A stretch of DNA of 64,000 nucleotides from Hemiscyllium ocellatum (GCF_020745735.1 NC_083413.1:6324001-6388000); one strand, 5' to 3'; shown: positions 13,571-26,982, numbered from the stretch's first letter. Program-made: numbers and translations. The notes: generated by a model from the sequence alone, not told the origin.

Positions 13571-14286
13571 TATGTCCTTCAAAATAGTGCCACATAATCT
13601 ACATCTACAGAGATCAGATAGGCCTCTGGCATTGTAGCATGCCCTCAAAATTGCATTGAAGTGTCAGCCCAATTTGTTTTACCCAGAACAGCTGATGCAC
13701 AGTCAACAAGGGCAATGGCTCATTTATTACAGTTATGTAATAGGGGCTCATTTATTATGGTTATGTAGTAGGAAGTTGTGGGTGCTACCCCTTTAAGAGA
13801 GCTGGTCAGGTGACCTAGAGAGGCAGCACTTGGGCCCAGTCTAGAACCATCTGTGGAGGGGTGAGCATTGTCAATAAAGTGTTCCTGTTCAGATTTTACC
13901 TTTTATCTACCTTGTGTATATTTTCAGATTGCAAAGGAAGCACCAACATAAAAATTTGTTCAAAATGGAACTGGTACATTGAAAAATTGACCAACAGAAT
14001 CCTCAAGAAACTAGTCGGCCAGATTGGGGCACTGTCCTCCCCTAAAGGACAGTAGCAAAATGGTTAGGTTTTTACAGGACCTCAAATTTTATTTAATACA
14101 ATTCCTGTTGCGAGACCAGAAATTGCCAGATACATTAAATTCAGTCTTAGCCATGTTTGTATTTCAGCTCATGAGAGTTGCATCAGAAACACTACATGCT
14201 AATCAAAATAAGCAAGTATTGGTGCACCTTATGGCATCAATACTTCTCCCATGAAATTACTAGCATTAAATACCAGCTTCACCTAC

Positions 14287-14498
14287 CTTGCAAGTAGATT
14301 GCAGCATCAATTACTTTTATTAATCTGCTGACTAACGGTTCTAATTCATCATCTTTGGAACTAACAATCAGTTGTTTTTTTCCATATTCCAGGACTTGAG
14401 TAAACATCTCAAAATTTATCCAAACCAGTTGTATTTTCATTGACGAAATTCCTGTGGAACATTGTACCTTCCCATTGGCCACTTCATTTATTTTGCTT
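14287..14498 (-). CDS. ATR: ATR exon 7 (212 bp)
   Basis: ...LVWINFEMFTQVL...SRLIKVIDAAIYLQ (human ...TWMSLDFYTKVL...KVVKIYDALIYMQ). Acceptor tgacag, donor G|gtaggt. Confidence 0.88.
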
Positions 14499-14703
14499 CT
14501 GTCAGGATTGAACAAAAAGATTGCAATGTCTGTACTAATGAAAGCAAGTCAAATTTGAAAATGAATAAATTGTGAAAGGCAATTAACATCATCCATTGTG
14601 TACTTTATTGGTTAGGCAAGTATTTATTGTAGTTCCCTAATTTTCCTGGAGGTGGTGGTGATGGACTCCCTACCTGAACTGCTACAGTCCTGATGGTTAT
14701 ATA

Positions 14704-15080
14704 GTTAAAATTCACACAGCACCAGCTTTAGTCCAACAGGTTTATTTGGAAATACTAGGTTTTGGCGCACTACCCCTTCATCAGATAGCTGCGGAACAGG
14801 ATCATAAGACACAGAATTTATAGCAAAAGATTACTGTGACGTACAACTGAAATGATATATTGAGCAAACCTGGACTGTAATCTAGGTTTTTTCAATATAT
14901 CATTTCAGTTGCGAGGTACTGATCTTTTGCTATAAATTCTGTCTTATGATCCTGCTCCACAGTTACCTGATGAAAGAGCAGAGCTCCGAAAGCAAGTACT
15001 TTCAAATAAACCTGTTGGACTAAAGCTGGTGCGGTGTGAATTTTATCTTTGTCCGCCCCAGTCCAACACCAGCACCTTCA
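14704..15080. mobile_element. Family B fold-back element
   Basis: Inverted arms centred at ~14876; cctgatgaaagagcagagctccgaaag core; ctgatggt on both flanks. Confidence 0.8.
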
Positions 15081-15725
15081 CTGATGGTACAAGTACAACT
15101 ACAGTGCTGTTAGGGAGGAGGCTGTAGGATATGACCCAGCAACCCTAAAAACAATGGTAATGTAGTTTCATGTTGGAATGGCATATGCCTTGCAGAACAA
15201 ATTAGACGTTGTGATGTTCCCATGCATTTGTCACCCTTATCCTACCAGGTGGTTAAACCTGTGGGTTTCTAAGGTGCTACTGCATTGCATCTTGTCGACA
15301 GTACACATTGCTGCCAATGTGTCAGTGGTAGAGGAAGTGAATGTTGAAACTATATGAAATCTACTAGAGGAAGCACAAGAGCATACTGCATATCCAAAGA
15401 ATTATTTGCATTTATGATGGCATGAACATTAAAAACTATCTTAGTTTCAATCTTTGAAAGTTTCCTGAGTGAATTTGGTGAGTATACACTATCAGTGGCT
15501 TTGCAACTTGATAATTATGCTCACATATTAATAAACACTGGGTTCCCACTGGAGCACATTGTTGTTATTTGTTGCAAGATGTTACAAGTACCAAAATAGA
15601 TATTTATTTTTGAACACATTTCTTTGTGCAATTCCCCCATGGTCAGAATGTTACAGTAGATAAAGTATACAAGGATCAATATAATTGAGAGACAGAATAA
15701 ACATGAAATCATAAATACTTTGTAC

Positions 15726-15917
15726 CTATCTAAAATTCCTTGGTCACAGAATGCTGTACATAGAGCAGCCAACCGAAATGTAACTACAATACCCTCCAAC
15801 ACAGTTACAGCCTTCTCATGTGACTGAACCTGCTCCAGTAAATTGGTCAATGACATCAATTTGTTGCACATTGTCCACCATAATTTGCTCTTGAATTTCA
15901 TTTCCACTGGACCAGAT
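15726..15917 (-). CDS. ATR: ATR exon 6 (192 bp)
   Basis: SGPVEMKFKSKLW...VLEGIVVTFRLAALCT. Acceptor ttgtag, donor AG|gtacaa. Confidence 0.9.
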
Positions 15918-17452
15918 CTACAAGAGATAAACATTGTGTTAACAGATTTGCAGGACTAAAAATGTAAAAATCTTATCCGAAACTAAATATACTGGAGCTA
16001 TATCCATGAAAAATCAGATGTTTTTCCTGTGAACAATTGTTTGCAACACTAATGGCAGGGGAGAGTGGGTTTCAAAGTAAGGATCTGTCAAACACAAACC
16101 ATGCCTTCCAGTTATGCCTCAGAAAAATAAATTTCTAAGAACATCACTTGCTTTTCCAAGGGCAATCAATCTAGTTGCAGCACTGTGTTAACACATTCCT
16201 GCAGTTTGTTTCCACTGCTTTATCATTGCATTGTTTAAATAAGAATGCTAATTACTAATTTCAACCTCAAATCCTACAATTGTCATTATAGCAACCTTGG
16301 CTGCTTCAGGTTTAAACAATACAATGGAAGATGCACCAACGCCAACAGGGAAGACCACTCAAAAACACTGCTTGGAATTTGTGGCTGAAATTAGGATGAG
16401 AGAAGACATTACTATGGATGCTGACAATTATAGAAGTGATTATTTTTGTCGCAAAATGCTGTAACTTGAGCAAGATGCTGAACTCAGAGAATCTGTTCAA
16501 AACCAAAAGCATTCTGGGGTCAGTACAGCAAGTTGTGAAATTTGAAAAGTTCAACCATACATCAGTGGTAACATACTAACAGAATCAGGTAGGAGAATGT
16601 ATATATTTTGTACTACTTCACAGTGGTACATTTTTCTCAGTTACAACATATTGACTAGAAACTTCAATTTTCTGTACACTGTCATAATTTTGACCACCAC
16701 TTTATATCCATTTTCTGATTTTTATTTGGGAGGATTGTTGATGGGGGTGGAAGTTGTGCCTGAAATTGGTTTGAGAAATCTTTTTATGAACATTTATATA
16801 TGTTTTTTATATATCAACTCTCAGGTGAATGTTCATGACACTGCAGGGTGGAAGTTGGTATCTGTTTCCCCAAATATATCGACAAAGTGGATGGATAAGA
16901 ACAATTTCCATTTCAGTAACATCTTTGATGCAGTAGAGTATGGAAAGGTGCTTCATGGTAGCAATGATCAAACAAACTTTGACACTGAGCAACATAAGAT
17001 ATTATGGCAGGTCACACACAGAGGGCTGGAAAGAATTTGGGAGAGAATTCCAGAGTTTCGGGCCAAGGTGGCCAAAGACACAGCGGCCAATGGAGAAGCA
17101 AACTAGAGATGCTTCGGGAGCCAGAGACAGAAGAGTACAGAGATATTGGACAAATGTAGGCTGGAGGAAATAAAGTACAGTATTTCACCAGAACAACCCA
17201 GTTAACGCCATATAAATTCCCTTATGACAAGTTTCAACCACAATCTATTCTTATAAGCAGAGCAATGGATGGGAAAAAGAGCAAGTCTTCTCAAACACAT
17301 CCCTCATTGGTCAATCATAACAGGGAAAGGCCAGATGGCATATCTTACGTTGAACTGTTTTGTCAGTTTAACGATTTGTGGTTGATAAGAATCAAAGAAA
17401 ATGGTTATCACTGAACAAATTTTAAAAGTATATTAACAAATATCATCCATAC

Positions 17453-17649
17453 TCAGCTGGTCTGAATGTTTTCTGCATGCACTGTGCAGTAAAACTCAAA
17501 CGTGGCTTTTTCTCAGGAACTTCATCGCTGCTATTCCCTCCATCGGTTTCAGGAACCTGCATCAATTGTGCCCGGGTCCGATCACACATTTCTTGGATAA
17601 CAGACATCCCTTCGGCTCTCATTGCAATATACAAGCAACTTAACAAATA
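17453..17649 (-). CDS. ATR: ATR exon 5 (197 bp)
   Basis: YLLSCLYIAMRAEGMSVIQE...EKKPRLS aligns to human YLLGPLYAALKMESMEIIEE...PKRRRLS. Acceptor tttcag, donor gtatgg. Confidence 0.9.
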
Positions 17650-17789
17650 CTGAAACACAATGCACCAAAATTATGAGTTGCCAAACAAAGAGAATTACAT
17701 ATGTAGTAAAACAGCGGTGGCATTATCTCAATGGTGATATTTTGCACAGCCTTTCTGAAGTCTAATGATGACAAATACAGGATATGTAA

Positions 17790-18530
17790 GATCTGACCTT
17801 TTATTTCTTCCCTTCTCATCATTCAAGGACCCACACCTTCCTTCCAAGTGAAATTGGGATTTACTTGTAAAGTTTTCAATTTACTATCTTGCAATTTCTG
17901 CTCACAATGCAGTCTCCTCCACATGACGACACCAGCCACGTACTGGATAACCTCTTTGCAAAACACCTCAATTAATTCAGCAAGAGTAACCCAAGCTTCC
18001 TGGAGCTGGTTATTTCAACTCTCCGTCTTGCTCCTCAGCTGATCTTTCCATCAATGGTATAATACAGTACTCCAATGAACCTCAAAGCAATTTCAAGGAT
18101 AGCAACTCATATCTTTTGACTCAAGGCTCTGCAGTCTTCAGGTCTCAACATTGAGTCTAACAATTTCAGATCATCACCTCTGACCCAGTTTAGTCCTTTT
18201 TTGCTGCTTTGCTGGTTTAATTTCTTTGTTCCTTCTTCTTATGTTCGGATGGCTGCTATGCAACAATTTGCAGCTCATTCGGACACAACATTTGTTTCTT
18301 TAGCTGTACCAATTACCACTGTTTTGGTTTTGTTTCAAGAAACCGCTACCTCCCACCACCCTATCAAAGAACTTCCCTCTTGCTCTTCCTCCCTCCTGCC
18401 TATCACTGGCTTAAGACCGCTAGCATTTATATCTTTCTTCAGTTCTGAAGAGAGGTCATCCAGCTGAAACATTCTCTGTTTACTTTCACAGATGCTATCT
18501 GGTCTGCTGAGTATCTCCAACAATTTTTTA
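17790..18530 (+). mobile_element. Decayed Neptune-type PLE GIY-YIG and pLTR remnant
   Basis: IQGPTPSFQVKLGFTCKVFNLLSCNFCSQCSLLH aligns with LQGPKGSFHTRHKFTCTSTHIIYCIRCTRCGLLY of the 2598 copy. Degenerate ctgaagag...gaaac near 18443. Confidence 0.65.
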
Positions 18531-18944
18531 TATAGTTCACAAGTTTTATGCAAGATGGCTCAATTTAACAAATGTTACAAATACCACTATCCGCTGTTAA
18601 ATACTTTTGTTTCTTTTTGACCTGTGCTGGCAACGCTGCATTAACTGTTCATCCCTAACTGAACCAGAGAAAGATAGTGGTGGGTGACCTCCTTGAATAG
18701 CAATAGCTTTCACACCATTGATTCAAAGATGTGATGTTAGAGGAGTCAAATTCTTGCAACATACGACTTAAAGAAACAGTCAGCAATGATAAATGAAATC
18801 TTAACATTCCTAAGGCCACATATTTAAGTGCCACTGCATTTTATGCAAAAGCCAGGCATTAATTTATATAATTTAAGTCCAATATCTTAGGAAGGCAAAG
18901 AGGGTGGTGCGGGCAAGCTAGGATTGGTACATTGAGTTATATTT

Positions 18945-19975
18945 ATAGAGTATAGAACATTACAGCTCAGTACAGGCCCTTCGGCCCTCGATGTTGCACC
19001 GACCTGTCATACCACTCTGAAGCTCATGTAACCTACACTATTTCATCTAGGTCAAATACTTGTCCAATGACGACTTAAATGTACTTAAAATTGGCGAATT
19101 TACTACCGTTGCAGGCAAAGCATTTCATACCCTTACTACTCTGAGTAAAGAAACTACCTCTGACATCAGTCCTATATCTATCACCCCTCAATTTAAAGCT
19201 ATGCCCCCTTGTGCTCACCGTCACCATACTTGGAAAAAGGCTCTCCGTGTCCACCCTATCTAACCCTCTGATTAGCTTTTATGTCTGTATTAAGTCACCC
19301 TTCAACCTTCTTCTCTCCAACAAAAACAGCCTCAAGTCCCTCAGCCTTTCCTTGTAAGACCTTCCCTCTATACCAGGCAACATCCTATATTTACCCAAGG
19401 CAAAGAACACAAATGGCACCTACGACATTCAGTTGTTAGCAAAGCAAACATATGCTGTAGTTAATTTGCACAACGCAAGACTCCACACACTCACGTAAGG
19501 AAGGATGCAATTGCGTTGGAGACAGTTCAATAAAGGTTTACAATACTAATACCAGGAATGGGTGGGCTTCATCCAGGACAGGCTATGCTCGAGTCTGATG
19601 GAGTTTACAAGAGTAAGATGTAAATTGATTGCAACATGTAAAATCCTGAGATGCCTTGCCAGGGGAGGTGTGGAGAGGATGTTTCCTCTTACAGGAGAAT
19701 CTCAGGAGTTTAAAAATCAGGAGTTTCCCATTCAAAACTGAGATTATGCAAAATGTTTTCTCTCAAAGAATTGAGTGTCTTTGGAACCTTCTGGAAAGGT
19801 GGTGGTAGCAGAATTCTTGCATGTTTTTAAAGGCAGAGATAGATAGATTCTTGTTAAGCAGGTTTTTGTAGAAGGCAGATAAATGGATTTAGGATCAAAT
19901 TCAGATCAGTCATGAGCTTATTGAATAAAAAGAGCAGGCTTAATGGGTTGCATGGGCTACTTCTGATTAATATGT
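18945..19975. mobile_element. Two CR1 3' fragments, minus then plus
   Basis: CR1 3'-end motifs; tail tatagaacattacag. Confidence 0.65.
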
Positions 19976-20301
19976 TCAAAAACATGAATGAAAACATGGG
20001 CCATTTAATGTATTTTGCTACGGTGGTTAAAGAAAAACAATATAACAATGCACTGGTCCTTTTTCTACATGAGTACCATTATTTTCATTTGAACTATTGA
20101 GAGCTTCCAGAACATAATTTTATCACTTCAACTGAAAGGCAATAACTTTGGTAGTACTGCACTATGCTGCCTCAGTCTTATTGGTGACAGAAAGTCATTG
20201 ACATAGTCTTTGCTTTATATCACTTCTAAATTTTGATTTTAAAAAAAAGTTAAGTGCTCGATTAGAAACAAGTGGACACAAGGATTAACAAAATAAGTTA
20301 C

Positions 20302-21203
20302 CTCTTGCTTGGGTTCAGTTCCTATCATTTCAATTAAAGCTGTGCATATTAGGTGTATACGTTCCTTTTGTATTGGTGCAGCACACACCAGTCCTGATGG
20401 AGCATACATCAAAAAGTGCTGAAATATTTGACATAGCGCTGATCTCAATTTATCAGAATTAATGAGTCTTAACAGGCCATCTCTAATAAATACACTTAGT
20501 TTCTCCATCAACATATTAAGGTAAATGGGTTCTATTGTGAATGAGCTTGCATGATGCTCAGCAGTGGCAGGAAAGAGTGCTCTGACCAAACACGCAAATG
20601 GCTCTTCATACAATTCTAATTCTGCTCTGTCAGCCTCTTTAAACAGTTTCAAGAGACCAATCAAACTTGTAAAGAACATATTTGCCAATTCTTCTGGTGG
20701 TGGTCCTCCAAGGTTTATCAACTTTGTTAACAAGGTCAACACGATACCCTTAATCCTGGGACTGCCATGTTCTAAAAGAGAGCATCCTATTTCCCACAAG
20801 ATTAATCTCTGTCTTCTGCAAAACACACTCGAAAGAATTGATGAAAGTATTCGAAGTAATATGACCTCCAATGATTCTACTTGTAATACACAGGACAACT
20901 GAAGGGGTGCAGGGGTTAAATATTCTGCATCTTCTCTCTCAGCCACAACAAAACGATTAACTATGAATGGCTGGAAAAACAAACTCTGCTTATTGTACAT
21001 CCTCGGGTTCTTCTCCCTCAAAGAAATCAAATCCTGAAAGAGGCCCAATAGTTCCTTGGTTTGTGTTCCAAATATAAAGGGATTCTTGCTCTTGAACAGC
21101 CAAAGCAAAGATAGTATAATCTTTGCAACGCAGTCATGAAGCACTTGACAGTTTTGAGCTGCAGCAATCCGAAGAAGCCTGGTTATAATCCAGTTACTGA
21201 AAC
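20302..21203 (-). CDS. ATR: ATR exon 4 (902 bp)
   Basis: FSNWIITRLLRIAA...LLWLFKSKNP...IEPIYLNMLMEKL...EPKQE (ORF 20239..21144). Acceptor ttaaag, donor GAG|gtaact. Confidence 0.95.
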
Positions 21204-21862
21204 CTTTAAAGAAAAAAGGCTGTTCAGATCAAATATTGCAAAAACAGATTAAACACAACTTATCGAATTAGAGATCGAAAGACTTAGTCTGGGTTTAGTC
21301 TGTAATCATGATATTGGTGCAACTTCCTGGTTCAGCAACTGTAGGCTATTGCAAACAAATATAATGGGAGAAACATTTTTGCAATCTATATTTATTATAC
21401 TCTTAGCATTTTTCATAGAATAGTGCAGCAATTGGTGTTCAACTAAGTATTCAGGCTCCATAGTGCTGTGTCACTGTACTGTAAATGGGTAAGTTGGCTT
21501 AAATGGGCCTGAATGGCCTATGGGTGCTCCCTGGTCCTATGTTTCCCTGTCACAGAGCAGCAAGTTGCTCAAGGGTTCTCATTTAAAATCATTGAACAAC
21601 GACATTAGTACCCTAGCTGAGAACAATTAATTCACGCAGACCAATATTGAAACCTGGGCAATTGTGGAATAATAGTAGTGTATTTATCAAAAATCAAAAT
21701 TGCTGGAAAAGCTCAGCAGGTCTGACAACATCTGCAGTGAGAAATTAGAGTTAATGTTTCGGGACCCTTCCTCAGAAGTGTATTTATAAATTGAGTTTGT
21801 CATTTTATTGATTATTATGATCAACTGCAATTGGTAATGGAATTTCATTGTTATAAAACATA

Positions 21863-22150
21863 GGGGCAGCGTGGTGGCTCAGTGGTTAGCACTGCTGCCT
21901 CACAGCACCAGGATCCCAGGTTCAATTCCAGCCTCGGGCAACTGTCTGTGTGGGTTTCCTCCAGGTGCTCCGGTTTCCTCCCACAGTCCAAAGATATGTA
22001 GGCCAGGCCAATTGGCCATGCTAAATTGCCCATAGTGTTAGATACATTAGTCAGAGGGAAATGGGAATGGGTAGGTTACTCTTCGGAGGGTCGGTGTGGA
22101 CTTGTTGGGCTGAAGGGCCTGTTTCCACACCATAGGGAATCTAGTAATCA
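21863..22150 (+). mobile_element. tRNA-derived V-SINE (HE1-like)
   Basis: A box gtggctcagtgg, B box ggttcaattcc, V-domain ggtgctccggtttcctcccacagtccaaaga, CR1-like tail. Confidence 0.85.
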
Positions 22151-22705
22151 AAGCAACAAACCAGTGGATTCTCACCACCATCATTGAAAATAATAATTCA
22201 AAAAAACCAATTCCGTAAAGGAAGGAAACTATAAAGTTGCACCCACAATGCAGTTCTAACAAACTATTTAATAAAACATGAAAAAAAAACTGAATGTGTG
22301 TCAAACAGAAATCTAACTTGCGATGGGTCTTTTTGTGGCATATATCAATTTTAAACTAGATATTTCAAGCTAATACAACATAACGAGAAACTAACCAATG
22401 GTAAAAGATTTTTGATTTTTTCTTGTCTTAGGTGAAGTATTCAAAAGTCATAGCTGAAATACTATGTTAAATTGCATTCATACCTGGCATGAAGGATCTT
22501 TACTTAAATTCAAACAAAACAGAACAAATAAAGCAGTTATTGATTTTATTGAAACGTTATTTTACATTTTTTTGCATCATTTGAAGTCAATTTGTCAACA
22601 GACTGCAAAAATAAAATATCAAAATCTGAGCTACATTACTAGAAGATTAATAGCCAAGATCAATCTAGTGGCACCAATTTTTCTGTAAGTTGTGTATAAA
22701 CTCAC

Positions 22706-22873
22706 CAATACAACTGCACTCATCATCACTACTGTTCTGCTGAATTTGTTTAGTTGGCTTTTGTGGTATGTTTACAAACATAAGAGGAAAGGATTTCATA
22801 ATGTGTTGAATAAAATCCAACAACATCACACATGTTGGCTGAGAATCAGTTTTCTTCGAAAGCTCCAAAGCAA
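22706..22873 (-). CDS. ATR: ATR exon 3 (168 bp)
   Basis: [34 protein letters not shown]...SCI. Acceptor tttcag, donor gtgagt. Confidence 0.95.
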
Positions 22874-23304
22874 CTGAAATTTCAACAGAAAAATAAATTA
22901 CTTTTTTTTACATAGCTTTCAAAGTCAGAAATCCCAAAGCACTCTACAGCCGATGATACACTTTTAAGCGTGGTCACCATTATAACGGATGCACAGGAGT
23001 CTAGTTGCACACAGCAAACGCCCAAAAACAGATGAAGACTAGATAATTTATTTTTGTGAAGTCGGTTGTGGAGTAACTGATGGCCAAAACTGTATGGATA
23101 ACTCCCTGTCTCTTAAGAAGAGGGTCTTGGAGTCTTAAGTTTAAGCAAGCAAATGGGACTTAGTTTACTATCTCATCCGAAGGGGGATTATTCCAGCAGT
23201 GTAGTGCTTCCTTGGAGCTGCACTGGAGTTATAGCCTTGATATTTGTGCTCAAGTCCAGGTGTGAGGTTTGAACACAGAAGTGAGTCAGTATCAACTGAG
23301 TTAT

Positions 23305-23677
23305 TCAAAGTTTGGGAGAAGATTTGCAGCTCGGGTGCTCGTTGTTGTGGTTCTGTTCGCCGAGCTGGGAATTTGTGTTGCAGACGCTTCGTCCCCTGTC
23401 TAGGTGACATCCTCAGTGCTTGGAAGCCTCCTGTGAAGCGCTTCTGTGATCTTTCCTCTGGCATTTGTAGTGGTTTCAATCTGCCGCTTCCGGTTGTCAG
23501 TTCCAGCTGTCCACTGCAGTGGTCGGTATATTGGGTCCAGGTCAATGTGCTTGTTGATTGAATCTGTGGATGAGTGCCATGCCTCTAGGAATTCCCTGGC
23601 TGTTCTGTTTGGCTTGTCCTATAAGAGACAGGGGACGAAACGCCTGCAACACAAATTCCCAGCGCAAATAGAACCAC
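23305..23677 (-). mobile_element. PLE family C subfamily copy with short inverted arm, in ATR intron 2
   Basis: GIY-YIG C-terminus (AREFLEAWHSS) plus pLTR; inverted piece ~23625-23677. Exact 14-bp TSD atcaactgagttat at 23291-23304 and 23678-23691. Confidence 0.88.
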
Positions 23678-24584
23678 ATCAACTGAGTTATGGCTGACAA
23701 AGTTTAAGCATCAATTAACAGATAATTGTGAATAAAGCAATTATACAGCAACAATGTAGTTATTGTAGGATCAGTGGGGAAATACCTGGGCAATAATTTT
23801 GTCAGTAGTTACCATTACAATTGATAACCAGGATGCTTGATATTGTCAGTTAAATCTTCACTATTTGCAAAACAATTGCTTTAAAATGGCAAATTTGAAA
23901 TCTTTGAAAACCAGAAAATAATTTAGCAGTACATATTACATTACAAATTAGTTTCTTATTCTAAAAAACTGAATTTAATAAATTACTTCATTGTAGGGGT
24001 TAGCAATGAAACAGACCACATACAAAGAACAAAATGCAATTTGCAAATCTAATTTTGAACTTTTCCAGTTGGAAGGTTAGACAAGTTGTTAAGAACAAAT
24101 CTAGTTTTGATGGCATATGATGATTTTAAAAATCAAAATTTTAAGTGATTGTGGCAGAAAAGCTAAAAAATATAATCAGCAATAAATGGCACTTAACAGT
24201 TAGTTTATGGATTTCTGCTCCCATATTCTTGGGAAACCAACATTTCGAAGTCGAGGAGAAGTTGTGGAATGAACGATTTTCTAATCCTGTCAGATCCCTT
24301 GAGAACCAATATCTTTATTTTTAACTGGATAGGGTAATATTTCATACATGTTGTTCCTCAAACATGAGGCCATGCATGCCTACACTATTGAACTTCGAAC
24401 TAATTACAAAATGAGGGACAGCAATCTATAGACTCTCCCTTCATTGGAAAGCACCTGGCTTCCACTCATACTTTGAGAGTCAGGAATTTCCCAGACCCAA
24501 ACTGAGCTAAGAATATACAATCCTCCATAACTTGGAGGGTTTGTCAGTCTGACATAGCATTAGGACACAGAGAGACTTCACACC

Positions 24585-24871
24585 CATTGTTTAAAAACCT
24601 GAGCTATCTTGAGAATGTAATTTAAAAGTAGTTCTGGGATTTACATATCAAAGAACAGAAACTAGCATATCCATTACAAAAGACGAAAGTTTTAATCTAA
24701 GATTGTTTACTGTATCACAACTCCATGACACTGGACTCCTTTGACTATAAATTCTGTGAGCACGATCTTATTCTCCACAATCACCTGATGAAGGAGCGGC
24801 GTTCCGAAAGCTAGTGCTTCCAAATAAATCTGTTGGACTATAACCTGGAGGTGCTGTGTGATTTTTAAACT
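24585..24871 (+). mobile_element. Family B element, single arm
   Basis: Same 3' sequence as 9640-9910, with an intact HHR core at 24782-24816. Confidence 0.75.
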
Positions 24872-24914
24872 TAATCCTCCATAGTAATAGCTATCAAACA
24901 AGGTATTGCCTGTC

Positions 24915-25235
24915 AAAGAACAAAGAAGAACAAAGAGCAGTACAGCACAGGAACAAGCCCTTCAGCCTACCAAGCCTGAGTCGACACATGATACCATTCT
25001 AAACTGAAAACCTTCTGGCTCTACGTGATCTGTATCCCTCTATTTTCTGCCTATTCATGTATGTGCCAAGTTGCCTCTTAAACGTTGCTATTGTATCTTC
25101 TTTTCCCCACTTTCTCTGGCAACACATTCCAGGCACTTACCACCCTTAATGTAAAAAATAACTTTCCTCTCACATCTCCTTGAAACTTACCCCATTTTAC
25201 CTTACATCTCTGTCCCCTAGTTTCTACCCTGGAAA
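24915..25235 (-). mobile_element. CR1 3' fragment
   Basis: FFTLRVVSAWNVLP (ORF 25078..25329). Confidence 0.7.
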
Positions 25236-25810
25236 AAACAAGTATAGGAAATGCAGAGGTCAAAGAAACGATCAGATGGCAGAAGAGAGGGGGCCAGGAG
25301 GGAAAAAAGTGAATCTCAGGCGTGTGCAATTCTGTTAGCTGCGGAAAGGACTGCCACTCAAGAATCAGCCTCTATAGCATGGCTTCCCAAAGTGAGGTGT
25401 CAGCACCTCGTGGGGTTGTGAGCTAACATTTTGGGGTCATGAGCTCTCAAGGAACAATGGTTGCTATCAAGTTCCAATCAAGTTATTCCAGTTGTGCTCC
25501 TGCTTTCTCAGTTCTTCCTCAGTGGTAAAGACAATTTCAAGCCTCAAAATGAGGTCACAGTGAGAAAATGTTTGGGAATGTCATAACAGATGACATTCAA
25601 CCCAAAAGTTACTTGGTTCATCATCTCATAAGACAGACAGATGCCTGGAAAGAGATCTTCTGCAGATGGGATTTAGAATCAAAAGTTAATTACTTTTTTT
25701 CAGAAGCTGCTTGAGTAACTCCTTCTTTAAATATAAAACCAAAATATGAATAATTCACATTGTATTTTATCTAGAAATGGTAAGTGTAGGAGTAGGGGGA
25801 ATGTACTTAC

Positions 25811-25902
25811 CAACATCCACATCTGTGAGCATTTTGTCAACAAACTGACAAAGAATCTGTCTTGGCTTCTGCACCACAGTATTGTAATCTTCTGGGCGGG
25901 CA
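25811..25902 (-). CDS. ATR: ATR exon 2 (92 bp)
   Basis: [30 protein letters not shown]. Acceptor aaacag, donor G|gtaagt, phases fit. Confidence 0.95.
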
Positions 25903-25934
25903 CTGTTTGGGGAAATCAGGTTACAACATATTAT

Positions 25935-26164
25935 GGAGAAAGTGTGTACTGCAGATGCTGGAGATTAGAGTCAAGAGTGTGGTACTGGAAGAGCAGAGCA
26001 GGTCAGGCAGCATCCCAGGAGCAGGAAAATCAACATTTCCAGCAAAAGCCCTTCATCAGGAATGAGGGGCTTTCCTGATGAAGGGCTTTTGCCCAAAACA
26101 TTGATTTTCCTGCTCCTCAGATGCTGCCTGACCTGCTCTGCTTTTTCAGCACCACATTCTTGAC
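25935..26164. mobile_element. Family A fold-back mini-element adjacent to the ATR exon 2 acceptor
   Basis: Inverted arms around 26065. TSD ttacaa(c/t)atattat at 25921-25934 and 26165-26178. Confidence 0.85.
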
Positions 26165-26437
26165 TTACAATATATTATGATATGCTTAAATTCAAGTTCA
26201 GAAACTTACTTGTCATTTAGCATCACCAAGGCTCCAGTAAACAATTATTTTCACTTTGTTGGCATACTTCTAGTTGTAAGTTTAACTTCGCTTATGTCTA
26301 CTCCACTCAGTTCTAACAATCTTACAAATTCTTTAGCACTAACACATTCATTTGAACTCACACTCTCTGTTCCACTCCTCTCCTTCTTTTTGTCAAAGCC
26401 ATACCTCAGATCCCCTTATCACCAATTCCATTTCTAT

Positions 26438-26982
26438 TGTGACAATGCTGTCACTTTAAAAAAGGTTATTTTGTCCTTGGTTTTCTTCAAGTGAGGTTGC
26501 AAAGGCAGAGTTTAAAAATGGCAGGGGAGTGGCCAGTTCTCCCAGCTCAGGTTTTTTCTAGTTTGTTATAGCTGTAGCAGGCACAAGGTCCAGAAAGGGT
26601 CCAAGCTTCAGCAGAAGATTCCTGACTTTCTCCGAAATCTCTTTGGAAGTTGATCCCTTCTGCCCGTAAGAATCTGTATTTCAATTTACCTTTTTACCAA
26701 GGGGTGTGTTTATGGAATGTTACTGGGTTGGAACAGCTTCTTAGTTAAGTTGCTGTATCGAGTTAGTTACGTTTTCCAATAGTCAAGTTATTCTAAATCC
26801 CATTTTCTTTCGTTCATGTTTCAACGGTAATATTTAAATAAATTCTGTTTTGCTTAAAGCCGAGTAGTTTGACGAACTGCATCACACCTGAACACCCACT
26901 TCATATCTGCCTTTAAAATAAGAAAGGTTAGGGTTTAGGCTACATTCTTAAAATATTTTGAGGTATGGCCTGCTTCATAACA
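26438..26982 (+). mobile_element. Solo LTR (Gypsy-like, 545 bp) in ATR intron 1
   Basis: TGT...ACA termini, 4-bp TSD ctat at 26434-26437 and 26983-26986, internal AATAAA at ~26837. Confidence 0.65.

Noticed and set aside
13718-13950. Short duplication plus TG...CA segment with AATAAA as a solo LTR
   Set aside because: No matching TSD found; too weak to call.
16597-17106. 169-aa plus-strand ORF inside ATR intron 5
   Set aside because: Low-complexity, no motifs, and overlaps decayed repeat sequence.
21863-21940. tRNA genes at SINE heads (also 34816, 35175, 58302, 62176)
   Set aside because: The A/B boxes continue into the V-domain and LINE-derived tail, so these are SINEs.
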